Below, piece after piece: positions 37,528 to 49,786 of a stretch of 64,000 nt of DNA; position 1 is the stretch's first letter, and each line of letters opens with the position of its first letter. Below the pieces are notes generated by a model. That model did not search any database and was not told the DNA's origin. It saw nothing but the letters and a program-made list of their open reading frames with translations. A program made the position numbers and the translations under genes. Source of the DNA: Eledone cirrhosa (taxonomy: Eukaryota); NCBI GenBank assembly GCA_964016885.1, contig OZ024741.1:320974001-321038000 (forward strand), written 5' to 3'.

Positions 37528-37597
37528 TATTTTATCTGATGAGAACACAATTTTTGTCCCAGGATGATGTTGTTTTCGAAATGCGCATAATAAAATA
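37528..37597 (+). ncRNA. Type I HHR (family D)
   Basis: TATTTTAT-CTGATGA-gaacac..tgttttc-GAAA-TGCGCA-TA-ATAAAATA. Confidence 0.8.
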
Positions 37598-37722
37598 TAT
37601 GGAACTTTTTTAACCATCTTTTAATTTCTTCTTTTTTATATATACTCGAGTTCTACCACTGTTGAGTGCTACTTATCAGATATATGCATAGTTTTATTGT
37701 ACTACAATATTACTCACCTCCT

Positions 37723-37800
<78 letters not shown>

Positions 37801-37921
37801 ATAATAATTGCTTCTTTATTTTGCACAAGGCCAGCAATTAACCCAGTACATTACTGGTACTTTATTTTATCGACCCCGTAAGGATGAAAGGCAAAGTTAA
37901 CCTCGACATGATTTGAACTCA
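37801..37921 (-). mobile_element. tRNA-derived SINE, 3' half
   Basis: cacaaggccagcaatt...gaccccgtaaggatgaaaggcaaagttaacc. Confidence 0.8.
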
Positions 37922-38469
37922 ATTAACACCGCACTACCTGCGGTCTCAACATTAAACAACGCCTAATTCATTAGATACTTTTTCAGTTTCCTCTTCAAAC
38001 TGCTAACAGTAAAGTCAAACTATAAATATCAATACTCAACTTTCTCATTATGTACTAATTGCTCTTAATTTGTAGCAATAATTGTATACATACATACATA
38101 TACAGGGGAACTTTCTAGGTACAAAACTATGATCATTAGTGACCGATGGTCACTATTGATCATGGTTTTGCATTCTTCTTCGTCTTCTTCCTCTACTTCT
38201 CCTTCTTCTTATTATTATTATTATTCCTCTCCTCCTCTTCCTCCTTCTCCTCCTCCTCCTCCCCCCTCCTTCTTCTTCTTCTTCTATACATATATACATT
38301 AATACATTTGAAGACTCAACTAAAAACATCTCGATGCTAATATAATTATATATAAAGAACTGAGTGCACAACATTAAATACGTAGCGTATATATGTAGCT
38401 ATTAGTCCGACTATTCATACCTAAATACAAACAAAATACCATATACCCAGGGAAATTGTACAGCACTAC

Positions 38470-39200
38470 CGCAACGATTCCAGAGATGAAAAGCTGCATG
38501 CTTATTAGTAAAACAGCATGCATGGCTACATTGCCAGAAAGCTTCAAAGTGAGAGCAATATTTTATAAGTAAAGTAGTCTATCTTGGACCAACATCCGTT
38601 ATAGTAGCTCTCACTTAGAAGGACAGACTTTTGCAATCCAAGAACAGCTAATAACACGAAATACATAATGCATAAAAGCGATAGGGATGCAAGCAAAACA
38701 CCTAATGTGACAACAGATGAAGAATAAACATCAGTAATATGACCCACATCATAAGCAGCTGTCCAAAGATATCGCCACGATACTTTTTACCTATGAAGCA
38801 TGATGTAGTGGCAAAAATACTATACAATGCAATCTGTAGAAAGGATAGTCCTCAGACAAAGTGATGTGTCGGGCATACGCATAAATACTATAGAAGACTT
38901 TTGAGATTTTCCTGTCAAAATCTCAATAAAATGCAAATATAACAGACCAGACATGGTGATATGGGACGGAGAAAAGAAGTCATACACAGTAGTACACATC
39001 AGCTCATTTATGCTCAACTATTGAGGAATCTACAGATATTCCACTCTGAGTACACCTTTAGATGTGTGCCTATGATCATTATGGCTTTTGGATATGTTAC
39101 TAACTTCCTCAGTGCAAATCTTGAGGAAGAATACGACTATTTAGGAACTTCCAAATGCAGTCCATGTAAATCTATGTAAAACATTTAAGAAATTCAGCAT
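38470..39200 (+). pseudogene. Heavily decayed 3' part of an RLE-type (R4/Dong-like) LINE
   Basis: Fragments FAIQEQ, THIISSCPK..RYFLPMKHDVVA and NRPDMVIWD, homologous to ORF 56397..57155. Confidence 0.65.
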
Positions 39201-39324
39201 ATAATAATTGATATATACATGTATAGATGCTTAACATATTCACGTATACACATGTATAGATAAAGAAACATATTCACGTATACACATATAACTCAAAATA
39301 TACAGACCCACACGGGCAATAACA

Positions 39325-39802
39325 TACATACATACATACATACATACATACATACATACATACATACATACATACATACATACATACATACATACATGGT
39401 GGCTGCCAACTCGTTTTCGAGTACGGCCACTACTTTATATACATGTAGGAGAACCCCTACCGAACCCCTACGAGTGTGATTTTTTAGTCCAGCCAGCGAC
39501 TTGAAAACTCTGGTACAAACGCTACACTTGTGACAATTATTGACACATAGTGCTGGGCCCATGGTACCATGTGATGACAAGTGCAAAGAGATCTGTGCCT
39601 GTGCCGTGAAGCTTTTATAGTGAGCAAAGGCACTGCACAAAGCCAGTCACACTCTCTTAACCAAGATGATATTTACCAAAAAGAAGAATAAGTCAACATC
39701 ATTGGATACCATCAGGGTTGCAGGTGTTATATCAGAGGTTTCCTTCTCCTAGAATTCTGCCTTGACAAAGGCTAAGGGGTCATCTCTCCCGGTGATTTTT
39801 GG
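39325..39802 (-). mobile_element. Bipartite non-autonomous RTE-derived element (RTE-type 5' UTR + zinc-finger 3' end + (ATGT)n tail)
   Basis: 5' motif gcctttgtcaaggcagaattctaggagaaggaaacctctgatataacacc. The 3' part encodes CSVCTRVFKSLAGLKNH, like the RTE C-terminal fingers at 46186-46515. Confidence 0.65.
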
Positions 39803-39828
39803 ATACATATATACATACATACATACAT

Positions 39829-39878
39829 GATGATGATGATGGTTGCCCCCTCGTTATCGAGTATGGCCATTGCACGAG
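39829..39878 (-). mobile_element. RTE-type 3' terminus with (CAT)n tail
   Basis: tggccatactcgataacgagggggcaacc(atc)n, a stem-loop similar to tggccgtactcgaaaacgagttggcagcc in the bipartite element. Confidence 0.6.
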
Positions 39879-39893
39879 AAGAAATAAAAAAAA

Positions 39894-39930
<37 letters not shown>

Positions 39931-40172
39931 TTTTCTTTATTAACCACAAGGGTTCACATAAAGTAGACATTAAGGACAGTACAGGACAATACAGGACGGT
40001 ACAAATGGGCATTTCTGCGTGTAAAAAAACAGAGGTTGAAATAAAATAACAAAGAAAAATTCCCCAATAGGGGGGAGACTTCCAAGGGACATTTGTGGAG
40101 AAAGCCCATTAAAAGACCACAGTGGCCCTGACCACCAGGGCAAGTGCCCTCTCCCAGTTTTCCACCTTTAAT

Positions 40173-43100
40173 TTACAGACACATACTCAGAGAAGGCCCA
40201 TTCATTCGGGCCATACTTGCTTCTCTCACCCATCTTTCAACAAAATGCTGGGAAGAGAGCACTCCCCTCTCTACCCTGATTTTCCTTTTCAAATGAAATT
40301 TGAAAAAGTTAATCAGGGCATCACCGAAGAGGTAAGTGCTCGTCTTCAGCCCTTTCAAACGTGTCCACCATACTATCTCTTTCGCCATGGCCACCAGACA
40401 GATAAAAACTGCCTGCCCTTCCAGGCTAAAGGAAGGGGGCGGGGCAATCCTCACGATGGACTCAGCTGATAGCTGGATCCGTCCTACACGTGACAGCAGG
40501 TGTTCGACATAAACCCACAAGTCAGCAATGCTCGGACACTGGACGAGTGCGTGCAGGACGGTTTCGTCGCCCTGCGCGCATCTCGGACATGCCCGGCTGA
40601 CGGCACCTCCATGCCTGTAGAGTTTATCCCGAACTGGCAAAGCTCCTCGGTAGCACTGCCAGGCCAGGGATTTCTGGAAGTTGTCCATAGGCCCCGGCCC
40701 GAAAGTCCTTCCGAAGAGATTGGCTAGTTGATTTTCGTCGACGCCTAGAGTTTCTCCAAGTACGTCGTCGCTCTTCCCCTCCACTAATCCCCTATAGAAC
40801 GCCAAGGTGGAGTTTCCACCGATCACATTGCCCGATTGGTCGAGGGCTGTGAGCGCCTGAAGACATTCCAGTCTCCAAGCGCTCCCTCTCGGTCTTCGCT
40901 TGACCCAGGACTGCAGCTCCGTCAAGGAGACGAGCTGGGGAAAAACGTGTCTAGCAAACGGCGACCACACCTGATCACCGTCGAGGAAGAGGTGGAGATG
41001 TCGTAGCCTGAGCGCGTGTCTGCGCATCATCAGCCACGGCATGCCCAGCACTCCACGTAGCGGGTGTTGACAGCAGATGGACCGCCTGACCATCGGAGCG
41101 CGTCCCTTCCACAAGAAGCGAAAGAGCAAACGCTCCAGCGCAGTCAGGCGGGGCTTAGGACAAGGTACGACGGTCAGGCGGTAGTAGATGACGGATGCGA
41201 TGTACGCATTCGCCACCTCCGCTCGACCTTTCAGGGATAGCTTCCTCTCGGCCCATTTCTGGGTGAGAGAAGCCACCCTGCTCGTCACCTCGTCCCAGTT
41301 TTTGTCCGTCTGGAGGTCTGGACCGAACCAGACCCCTAGCAATTTAACCGGTCCGTCCGTCCAGCGCCCGACGACGTTGTTGGACGGCATGGACCTGCCT
41401 ATCCAGGTGCCGAGCTGCAGGCCCACTGACTTTTCCTGGTTGATCATTGCTCCTGTCACCGCTTCGTATTCTCTTAGTGTAGTGCCGATCGCCTCGATGT
41501 GTTTGGCGTTCGACACCACTACGGTGACATCGTCGGCATATGCTGACACGGATCTTCCGCATCCTAGTTCGCGCGGGACCCCCCTCAACGTCTCCAATTT
41601 GTGCAGTAATGGCTCGAGAGTCAATACGTACAATAGGGACGAGAGGGGACATCCTTGGCGGACCGAGCGTATGATGTTGAACGGTTCCGAAAGGTGACCG
41701 TTCACTCTCACTACAGAGCAGATGTCGCTGTGCATGGCAGCGATCCAGCCTCTGAAGACGGGCCCAAAGCCAGCCGCCCTCAGGACTGCCTCTAGGTAAC
41801 GATGGTCGACCCTATCGAAGGCTTTCGACTGATCTAAATTGATCAAAGACCCACCCGTGCCAGGTTCCCTAGCTACCATCTCTACGATGTATCGCATGAG
41901 GTGGAGGTTGTCGTTGATGGATCTGTCGGGAATGGCGCATGTCTGTGCCTCTCCCACCAGACCACCAACGACAAGCGCCAACCTCTTTGCTAGCACCTTG
42001 GCCAAAATCTTGAACTCTGTGTTTAGCAGAGTTATGGGCCTAAAATTATCTATGTTATCCCCCTTGTTCGGATCCTTTCTCAGCAGCGCCACCGCTCCTC
42101 GGCTCACAGAGCTGGGAATTCTCCCGTTCTGTTGCCAGTTGCAGTAGACGTCCGCCAAGAGGCCTCCGAACAAGTTTGGCATTTGTACGTAAAGTTCATA
42201 GGGCAGACCATCCAAACCAGGCGATTTACCCCTTGTGCAACTAGTCATTGCATCCCGTACTTCAGCGGTTGTTATCGGCTTTTCGCAACACTCCGCCTCA
42301 GTGGCCGTAAGCCGCGGCAGTCCGTCGAGGTAGACACTAAAGTCCATCCCTCGATCCGGCCCGCCACTGCCCCCGAACAGTTGAGCGAAGTGTCGCTGAA
42401 AAGCTTCACACATTTGCCCGGGATCGAGTAGCATGCGCCCGTCGTGGTCCACCAAAGACCGGATCGTGGCTTTGTTGCCACGACGCGCCTCCGCCACTCG
42501 GGCACATTGAACGGCTTTCGTCCCCTCGTGTCTGAGAGCACGAACCCTAGCTCTGACAACGCAGCCTTCGTGCTTTGCATTGAAGAATTGGTCAAGGGCC
42601 AATTTCGTCGCAAGTACGTCGGTCGCGATGCCTTTGCTAAGCGCCTCATCTAATTTTCTAACTAGTTCTCCCTCTGCTCTATTTTTCTCTATTGCTAAAG
42701 TCTTACTAAACCTAATGGACTCTATTCTAATTGCTCTTTTCAGAGCAAACCACCACTTGTTGTTGACGATGGCCCCCGTCAACGCCCGCTTAACTAGTTC
42801 GCTAATCCGGTCTCTCTAGGCCTTGCGCGCTGGTAAGGACGCGTTTAGCTTCCAGTAGCCGGGTCCTCGTCTATGAAGCCTATCTAAATCAAGCACACAG
42901 ATCACGAATTTGTGGTCCGTGTAGCTGACTATCTTGAATTGTGGACAGCCTATGCTAGACCTATCTATTTCCCTACAAAATACTCTATCTAGATATGATC
43001 TGGATGACCCTATGCGATTTGTCCAAATCCACATTGGTACATTCGGGAAATCCATTCGGTACCTGTCAGACAGTTCAAAACGTCTGAGCAGGTTGGTGAG

Positions 43101-43592
43101 ACTCTTGCACCCTCCTTCCCTATCCACTAATCCCACACAATCCCAGCGTGCATCTAAGATCCCGTTCCAGTCGCCCACTAACACTAAAGAGCGGGACGTT
43201 CCAAGAAAGGTCTCCAGACGCCGGAAGAAATCAGGCCGCCCTGCTCCTGTCGGGGCATAGACGGCCACTAACCTGAAAGCTTGCCCGTCTCCGCTGGTCA
43301 CGTCCAGCACCACCAACTTACCTTCTGGGTCCAGGAAGATGGCCCGTATGGCAAGATCTAAACCTCTCCGAAAAAGCACAGCAACTCCTCCCCCCGATCC
43401 CGGACGGCTGGGAGATGCGTACACATCGTAGCCGCCGAAGATCGGTGCGAAAGCCTGTGCTTCGGAGATTCTGGTCTCGCTGATGGCCACTACATCTATG
43501 TTTAGTGACCTGAGGTCGTTGAGCAGGTGGCCCTGCTTCCATGACGACCCCAAGCCACGCGCATTTATGCTGCCTATTCTGAGTGAGGTCAT
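40173..43592 (-). pseudogene. ORF2: APE endonuclease + RT + CCHC, with one in-frame TAG at 42816-42818
   Basis: SINARGL, AISET, VGDWN, SYLDRV, YTDHK; KSPGLDG, FRPITLLN, LDQSKAFDRV, VRQGCPLS, AYADD; CPRC..ETVLHALVQC. Confidence 0.92.
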
Positions 43593-43626
43593 GTTGAAAA
43601 GGAGTGGAAAAGATGGGAAAGACCAC

Positions 43627-45603
43627 TTACCTTACTTCTCGTAGGGGAAGGACGGCTTTTCCATCCTTTTCACTGCTTGTGGCCTCCTCAGGAAGGATGT
43701 CCTTATAAATCCTCCTGGAGAGTGCTTGTCGGAAGTCTCCGATGTCTTTGGGGAATTTTTGTTTTAGTGTCATGTACGTTTTCTGTGTGATGCGAGTGAT
43801 TTGTATGTGTGGAGGTGGTGTGAATTTTGGGGTTGTTGTGTAGTCTTTTTCTGTGATGCTGGTGTTGTGTTGGATGTAGTGTAATAATTGCTTGTTGTTC
43901 AAATTTAATGCTGTGTAGTGTGTATCGTTTTGGTTGTTTTGTTTTGTTTGCGTTTGTTGTGGGTTTGTTTCTGTTTCGCCTTTTGGTGACTTTTGTGGTG
44001 CTGGGGTTAATGATGGTGATGGTGTTGGTGTTTGGGTTGATGGGGTTGGTGATGCTGGTGTGGATGGTGGCATATCTGTCCTAACTTTTTTGTTTCTTAA
44101 TTTATTTGTTTCCCTCTGTATTTTGTTTTTGGAGGGTGAAGGAAGAGAATTTTTTCTTTTTTGGTTTCTTTTTTTTTTCCGGATATCGTTTCCCACTCCT
44201 CGTCGTCACAATCTGTCTCCAGTTGTGATAGGCCGGGGAGTGGAAAATCCTCCACAGCCGTTAGTTTTGGTTGTGGTGTGGTGGATGGTGTAGGCGCTGG
44301 TGCTAGTTCTGAAGCGTTGGGTGGTGGTGGTGTTGGTTTTGCTGGTGGTGGTAGTGGTGTTGGTTTTGCTACTGTTCCTGGGGTTGTTGCTGTTATAGTT
44401 GCTTCTGTTGTTGCTGCTACAGTTGTTGCTGCCATCTCTGCTACTGGTGGTGTTGATGGTTGTGTCACTGGGGTGGGTAGGAGAGGTGGCCTAAACCTTT
44501 TAGCCTGAGGGAAGAAAGCCCTTAGGTGGGTTCCTTCACCACAAACGACACACCTAGGTCTTCTGCCCTCGACAATTACCGTGAGGTGGCTGCCGTCAGT
44601 GAGGTCTATTACCTCTGGGATCTCCTCAATGCTTTTTTGGTCCGCTTGGATCAGGAGCTCCATCCCAGATCAGGACCAGTTTTCCTGCTTTTCTTTTGCT
44701 ATTGCTATTATTTTTGTGTTGGCTTCGATGCCGGCGAGGACAGCCGCTATTAGCCAGGGAATTTCGATGGCCGGTGGAACGTGGGTCACCCTGATCTTTA
44801 CGAGTCTCTAGCCACAATAGCTTGGGACGAGTGTGAAGTCGTCACTTTTTAATGGGGCCATGGAGTGTTCTCTAGCCTCCTCTCGTGTTTCAAAGAACAC
44901 ATCCACGGTTCCATACTTTTTCCCACGTCTGATGTGGGTTTTTCTTGCCCACACATGTCCCAAAGCTTTTGGGATTTGGGACTCGGATGCCCGTTCCATT
45001 CGGCGCGATTTTACATTTATTGTTCTATACGACACGGTGCATAGGCGCCGATGCTCCATTTTATTAGGTAGGGGGGTGAGGCTGACCCTGTACCCATCTT
45101 TCTTTACCATTTGTTTGGCATTTTCTAAATCCTCCTGAGTTACCGTGAATGCTTCGAACTGTTTTGCTACTATGGCGAAACTGAGGGTCGGTTTTATAAT
45201 GTCATTGTTGTTGTTGTTGCTATCGTTATTTGTGTTAATATTAATTTTAGTTTCAGTTGTGGTGGTGGTGACGTCAGTCGTCTTTGGTGGGGAAGAGTCC
45301 ATTTTGCTTGATTTCATTTCGACATCACGAGTTAATTTATTTTTTTCTTCTTTTGTTTCTGTTGTCGCGGTGGTGGTGGGGGTGGTGGATGTCGCGGTGG
45401 TGGTGGTGGAGGCTTTAACACCTGCAGTCATTGGTAATGGCGGGAAATGAATGTCTGCCTGAGACAAATTTAAAATATTGCTACTGCTTATATTTTTTTT
45501 TTGTGTTGGCAAACGTAGTAACATTTACAATGGTGGTGTCGGTGTGAGGTGTTAATTTGTGAGGAAGGCTTTCAGCTGCTTGTTGCAGAGGTGAATTAGC
45601 CAT
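43627..45603 (-). pseudogene. ORF1 (gag-like, degenerate zinc knuckle, Pro/Thr-rich), with stops and A-run frameshifts
   Basis: ORF pieces 44808-45524, 44097-44663 (RPRCVVCGEGTHLR) and 43627-44196 lie directly upstream of ORF2. Confidence 0.75.
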
Positions 45604-45810
45604 TTTTTTCAAAGAAATTTTTTGATAATAATAAAAGTTTAAATTTTGGGCACAAGGCCCCAATCTTTTTGGGTGTCCTTTTCGGAAAACAATGTATGTG
45701 CGCTTATAAACAGTTAACAATAAAATTTTCCATAAATGACAATTTTTAACAAACGGAAATAACAAACCGTTGCGGAGCTCACGATGATACGATTTACTAC
45801 GTAGGTCGCC

Positions 45811-45880
<70 letters not shown>

Positions 45881-45906
45881 AATAAAATAAAAAAAAATAA
45901 AAAATA

Positions 45907-45960
<54 letters not shown>

Positions 45961-46146
45961 CATACACATATACACACACACACGCACACACTCACACACA
46001 TATACACACACATACATTAATAACAATAATAATAATAATAATAATAATAACAACAATAATAATAACGACAACAACAATAATAATATACATATACATATAT
46101 ATATACACACACACGCACACACATAAGCATATCTACACACACACAC

Positions 46147-49100
46147 AGGATAGCAACTAACAGCGCTGCGATCGAATGTGGCTTTTTAGCCCAGCCAATG
46201 ATCTAAAATGTCTTGCACAGAGTCGGCAACCAAAGCATTCACTGGGAATAGTCGGCTGTGGTTGGAGTTCGTGTACTTTTGCATGTCGCTTGAGCCCTCC
46301 TGCTGATTTACATTCTCTACCACATGTGTTTGGCAAGCATGATGAGTAGCATCTCCAACAGCAGCCTGGTAGTCAACCACTGGTCTTACTTTATGACTGC
46401 GAAGATGACTTTCGAGTCCAGCTTTGCTTAGGCAGAGTCTCGCACATACGCTGCATGTCAGCACCATAGGAGGACCGTCGCCGTCTGGAAGTGCAACAGC
46501 AATGCCCTTCCTCACATCCCGCTTTACTTTCTCGTATGCGATTCGAGATGCCTCAAAGGCAACTTTCCCTCATATACAGTCTTTCTCCATTTATTACGAT
46601 CAGCAGCAATATTCTCCCATGTATCAGCAGAGATGTTAGCGTCTTTCAGAGAGGTTTCAAGGAATCCTTATACCTCTTTTTTGGTTTATGTGGCGGTCGT
46701 TTTCCTTTAACCAACTCTCCATAAAAGAGTTGTTTTGGTATTCTAGAATCCTTCATCCTGGCAAGGTGACCACGCCAACGGAGTCGTTGCTTAAGCACAA
46801 TAGCTTCTATACTGTCACACATAGAGCTTTCCAAAATCTCGACATCACTGATGTGGTCCCTCCAGTGAACGCCATGGATCCGTCTGAGACACATCTGATG
46901 GAAACACTCCAATTGCTTAAGGTGGTGTCGATATGTGACCCAGGTCTCGCAGGCATAAAGAAGACAAGAGAGCACACATGCTCTATACACCTTTACCTTT
47001 GTCCTCCTGCATATGTCTCGCCGACCCCAGAGTCGCCTTTCTAGCTTTCCGAAAGCATCACTTGCTTTCCTAATCCTAAGTGAGATTTCACCGTCAAGGT
47101 TGCTGTATCGATTGACAGTGTTTCCCAGGTAGACAAACTGATCAACCACTCCAAGTCGTTTGCCATACACATAGATGTTTGGTTCAGTGTACTGCTTACC
47201 AGGGGCAGATTGGTACATGACGACGGTTTTCTTGAGACTGACAGTCAGACCTAGGGCAGTGCAAGCGTCAGAAAATGCATTCAAAATGTGCTGCATATCA
47301 CTCTCTGTGTGCGCTACAAGATCGCAATCATCTGCATACAAGAGGTCTCTTATGATTGATGTAAATACTTTTGTTTTCGCAGCAAAGCGCCTGATGTTAA
47401 ATATGCTGCCTGAGGTTCGATATCGGATGTAAACACCATGCTCGCAATTCCTGAATGCAATACAGAAAACCATTGCAAAGTATATGGCAAACAGGGTCGG
47501 TGCTGGAATATCCCCCTGTTTCACTCCATTTTTTACTGAGATAGGCTCCGACATGTTACCCCCGACATTAACCCAAGCCTTCATGTCGTCATGGAAAGAC
47601 CTAACTAAAGCAAGGAACTTATCAGGGCAACCAAGTTTCTGGAGAACCTTCCATAATGCATCTCTGTTAACAGTATCGAAAGCTTTTGTCAGATCGACAA
47701 AAACCTGATACAGATCCAAGCCTTGTTCCATGCACTTCTCCTGGAGCTGTCTAGCTGAGAAGATCATATCAGTAGTGCCGCGTCCAGCACGAAAACCAGA
47801 TTGACTTTCAGGAAGAACACAATCTGCAATGTGTGTCAGCAGACGGTCCAGAAGCACCCTACATAAAACTTTCCCTACGACAGAAAGCAATGATATACCT
47901 CTGTAGTTCCCACAATCGTTCCTGTTACCCTTTCCCTTGTACAAGACCACCATTACTGCATCTCTCCAGTCCTCAGGTACGGCTTCATTAGCCCATATCC
48001 TGCCAAACAAAGAGGGAAGATGTTGCAAGAGTCTCTCACCACAATATTGTAGGATCTCAGCATGTATGCCATCCATACCTGGAAATCTTCCACTGTTCAG
48101 CTTCGAAATAGCCACTGCAACCTCCACAAGCGTCGGAGGTTCTGCGAGAGCTACTTTCACAGGACTTTCTGGAATGAGATTGAGGAAGTCTTCACTGACG
48201 ACAGACGGCTGATTCAAAAGATCATCAAAGTGCTCTCGCCACCTTCGTAGAATTCCTTGTGAGTCACGAAGAAGTTCTTTGCCATCCTTGCTGCGAAGCG
48301 GTGTCACCAGAGAAGAAGACGGTCCATAAACCTCACGCAAGAGACTGTACAACAGCCTTGTGTTATTGGAATCAGACGCAGTTTGTATCTCACCAGCCTT
48401 CTCACTCCACCACTGATCCTTCATCTGAGAAAGACTCCGCCTAACACGTGATTTTACATCCCTGAGTTCCTTATGCAACGTATTCCTCTCCTGTGGTTTT
48501 GCCGTCAAGTAGCGTGACAGAGCACGCCTCTTATCAGCCAATAAGTTTTCTATATGTACATCATTCTCATCAAACCAGTCCTGATGTTTCCGCTGCGCCA
48601 ATCCCAGAACACGCCTGCCTACATCATAAACTGACTTTTTAAGGGTCGGCCAATCCTCACCAAGATCTGCAGCCTGCATCTCTTCTTCCAATGTCCTCTT
48701 CACATTTTTATCCTTAAGACGAGCAGCATTCAATCTTTTGGGCAGGGCAACACCAGGAGCCCGGATTTTACGTTTAGTGATTAGTTTCACTTTTGCGCGT
48801 ACCAGGCGGTGGTCCGTCCAGCACTCAGCTCCACGAAGAACACGAACACACTGCACATCCTGTTTATCAGGCATCCTGACTAGGACGTAGTCCAAAAGAT
48901 GCCATTCCTTAGATGCAGGATGCATCCATGTGGTCTTGAATTTGTTCTTTTGTTGGAACATGGTGTTGGTAACACACAGATCCAGCTCCTCACACATCTG
49001 CAGCAGGAGCATACCATTGCTGTTACACTTTCCCACCCCATGCCTTCCGATTACATTCCATGTGTTAAAATCCCTACCCACTCTAGCATTAAAGTCACCA

Positions 49101-49710
49101 AGCACGATGACTTTGTCTGCCTGAGGGATATTTCTTAAAACACCTTTCAAGGCATGGTAAAAGGACACCTTTTCCTCATCGACAGAACTCATAGTTGGAG
49201 CATACACACTCACCAGGGTAGCATATCTTCCCTTGTCCAGCGGAACTCTCATGGACATAAGACGCTCACTAATCCCTACTGGGAATTCTTCTAATTTGTT
49301 CACAAGCACAGTCTTAACAGCAAATCCTACCCCAGCCTCTCTTCTGGTTCCTTCATTTCTTCCTTTCCAGAAGAATGTATATTCTCCACAAAATTCCGTA
49401 AGATGACCATCTCCAGCTAGCCTCGTCTCAGATAAAGCCACGATGTCAAGATCGTAACGTCGAAGCTCCGTTGCAACAAGAGCGGTCCTTCGTTCAGGAC
49501 GCCCCAAGGAATCCTTGTCAAGCAGCGTCCGTACGTTCCAGCAGCCAAGACTAAATGCCTTGTTTGGCTCTATTACAATGGCACGATGACGAACGGGCCC
49601 AGGCTTTGATAACCTGGGGCCCCTGCCCTTATTGCCAATGATCTTTTTTGTTCCAGAACCTAAATTGCCAATTATCTCTTTTATATTGTTCTGGAACATC
49701 GTTGAATTGG
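46147..49710 (-). mobile_element. RTE-clade LINE, near full length
   Basis: Single APE-RT ORF followed by frameshifted C2H2-like fingers (46186-46515). Confidence 0.92.
46646..49699 (-). CDS. RTE APE endonuclease-reverse transcriptase polyprotein (C-terminus frameshifted)
   Basis: 1017 aa: CWNVRTL, ALSETR, LGDFNARVG, WTDHRLV, NYRGISLL, FVDLTKAFDTV, GVKQG, LLYADD, LLYACETW. Confidence 0.88.
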   Translation of the reverse strand: MFQNNIKEIIGNLGSGTKKIIGNKGRGPRLSKPGPVRHRAIVIEPNKAFSLGCWNVRTLLDKDSLGRPERRTALVATELRRYDLDIVALSETRLAGDGHLTEFCGEYTFFWKGRNEGTRREAGVGFAVKTVLVNKLEEFPVGISERLMSMRVPLDKGRYATLVSVYAPTMSSVDEEKVSFYHALKGVLRNIPQADKVIVLGDFNARVGRDFNTWNVIGRHGVGKCNSNGMLLLQMCEELDLCVTNTMFQQKNKFKTTWMHPASKEWHLLDYVLVRMPDKQDVQCVRVLRGAECWTDHRLVRAKVKLITKRKIRAPGVALPKRLNAARLKDKNVKRTLEEEMQAADLGEDWPTLKKSVYDVGRRVLGLAQRKHQDWFDENDVHIENLLADKRRALSRYLTAKPQERNTLHKELRDVKSRVRRSLSQMKDQWWSEKAGEIQTASDSNNTRLLYSLLREVYGPSSSLVTPLRSKDGKELLRDSQGILRRWREHFDDLLNQPSVVSEDFLNLIPESPVKVALAEPPTLVEVAVAISKLNSGRFPGMDGIHAEILQYCGERLLQHLPSLFGRIWANEAVPEDWRDAVMVVLYKGKGNRNDCGNYRGISLLSVVGKVLCRVLLDRLLTHIADCVLPESQSGFRAGRGTTDMIFSARQLQEKCMEQGLDLYQVFVDLTKAFDTVNRDALWKVLQKLGCPDKFLALVRSFHDDMKAWVNVGGNMSEPISVKNGVKQGDIPAPTLFAIYFAMVFCIAFRNCEHGVYIRYRTSGSIFNIRRFAAKTKVFTSIIRDLLYADDCDLVAHTESDMQHILNAFSDACTALGLTVSLKKTVVMYQSAPGKQYTEPNIYVYGKRLGVVDQFVYLGNTVNRYSNLDGEISLRIRKASDAFGKLERRLWGRRDICRRTKVKVYRACVLSCLLYACETWVTYRHHLKQLECFHQMCLRRIHGVHWRDHISDVEILESSMCDSIEAIVLKQRLRWRGHLARMKDSRIPKQLFYGELVKGKRPPHKPKKRYKDSLKPL

Positions 49711-49731
49711 AAAAAAAAAAGAGAAAAGAAA

Positions 49732-49786
<55 letters not shown>

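Larger units (their letters stand above)
34273..37634 (+). mobile_element. Naiad-like Penelope element, 5'-truncated, with about 1.1-kb inverted duplication of its 3' end
   Basis: 35419-36735 encodes YYPYNKDNENLNYVNFKSNHP..WYNAPFS..CNC..*P..C..VYECKV..YIGST..FKARLYNH..CNLCLAEK. 34273-35418 is the reverse complement of 36540-37634. Confidence 0.9.
39880..45810 (-). mobile_element. Full-length Tx1/L1-like LINE (ORF1 + APE-RT ORF2), inactivated
   Basis: Two ORFs, a short 3' UTR with AATAAA and (ATT)n tail, and (ATT)n also at the 5' flank. Confidence 0.9.
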
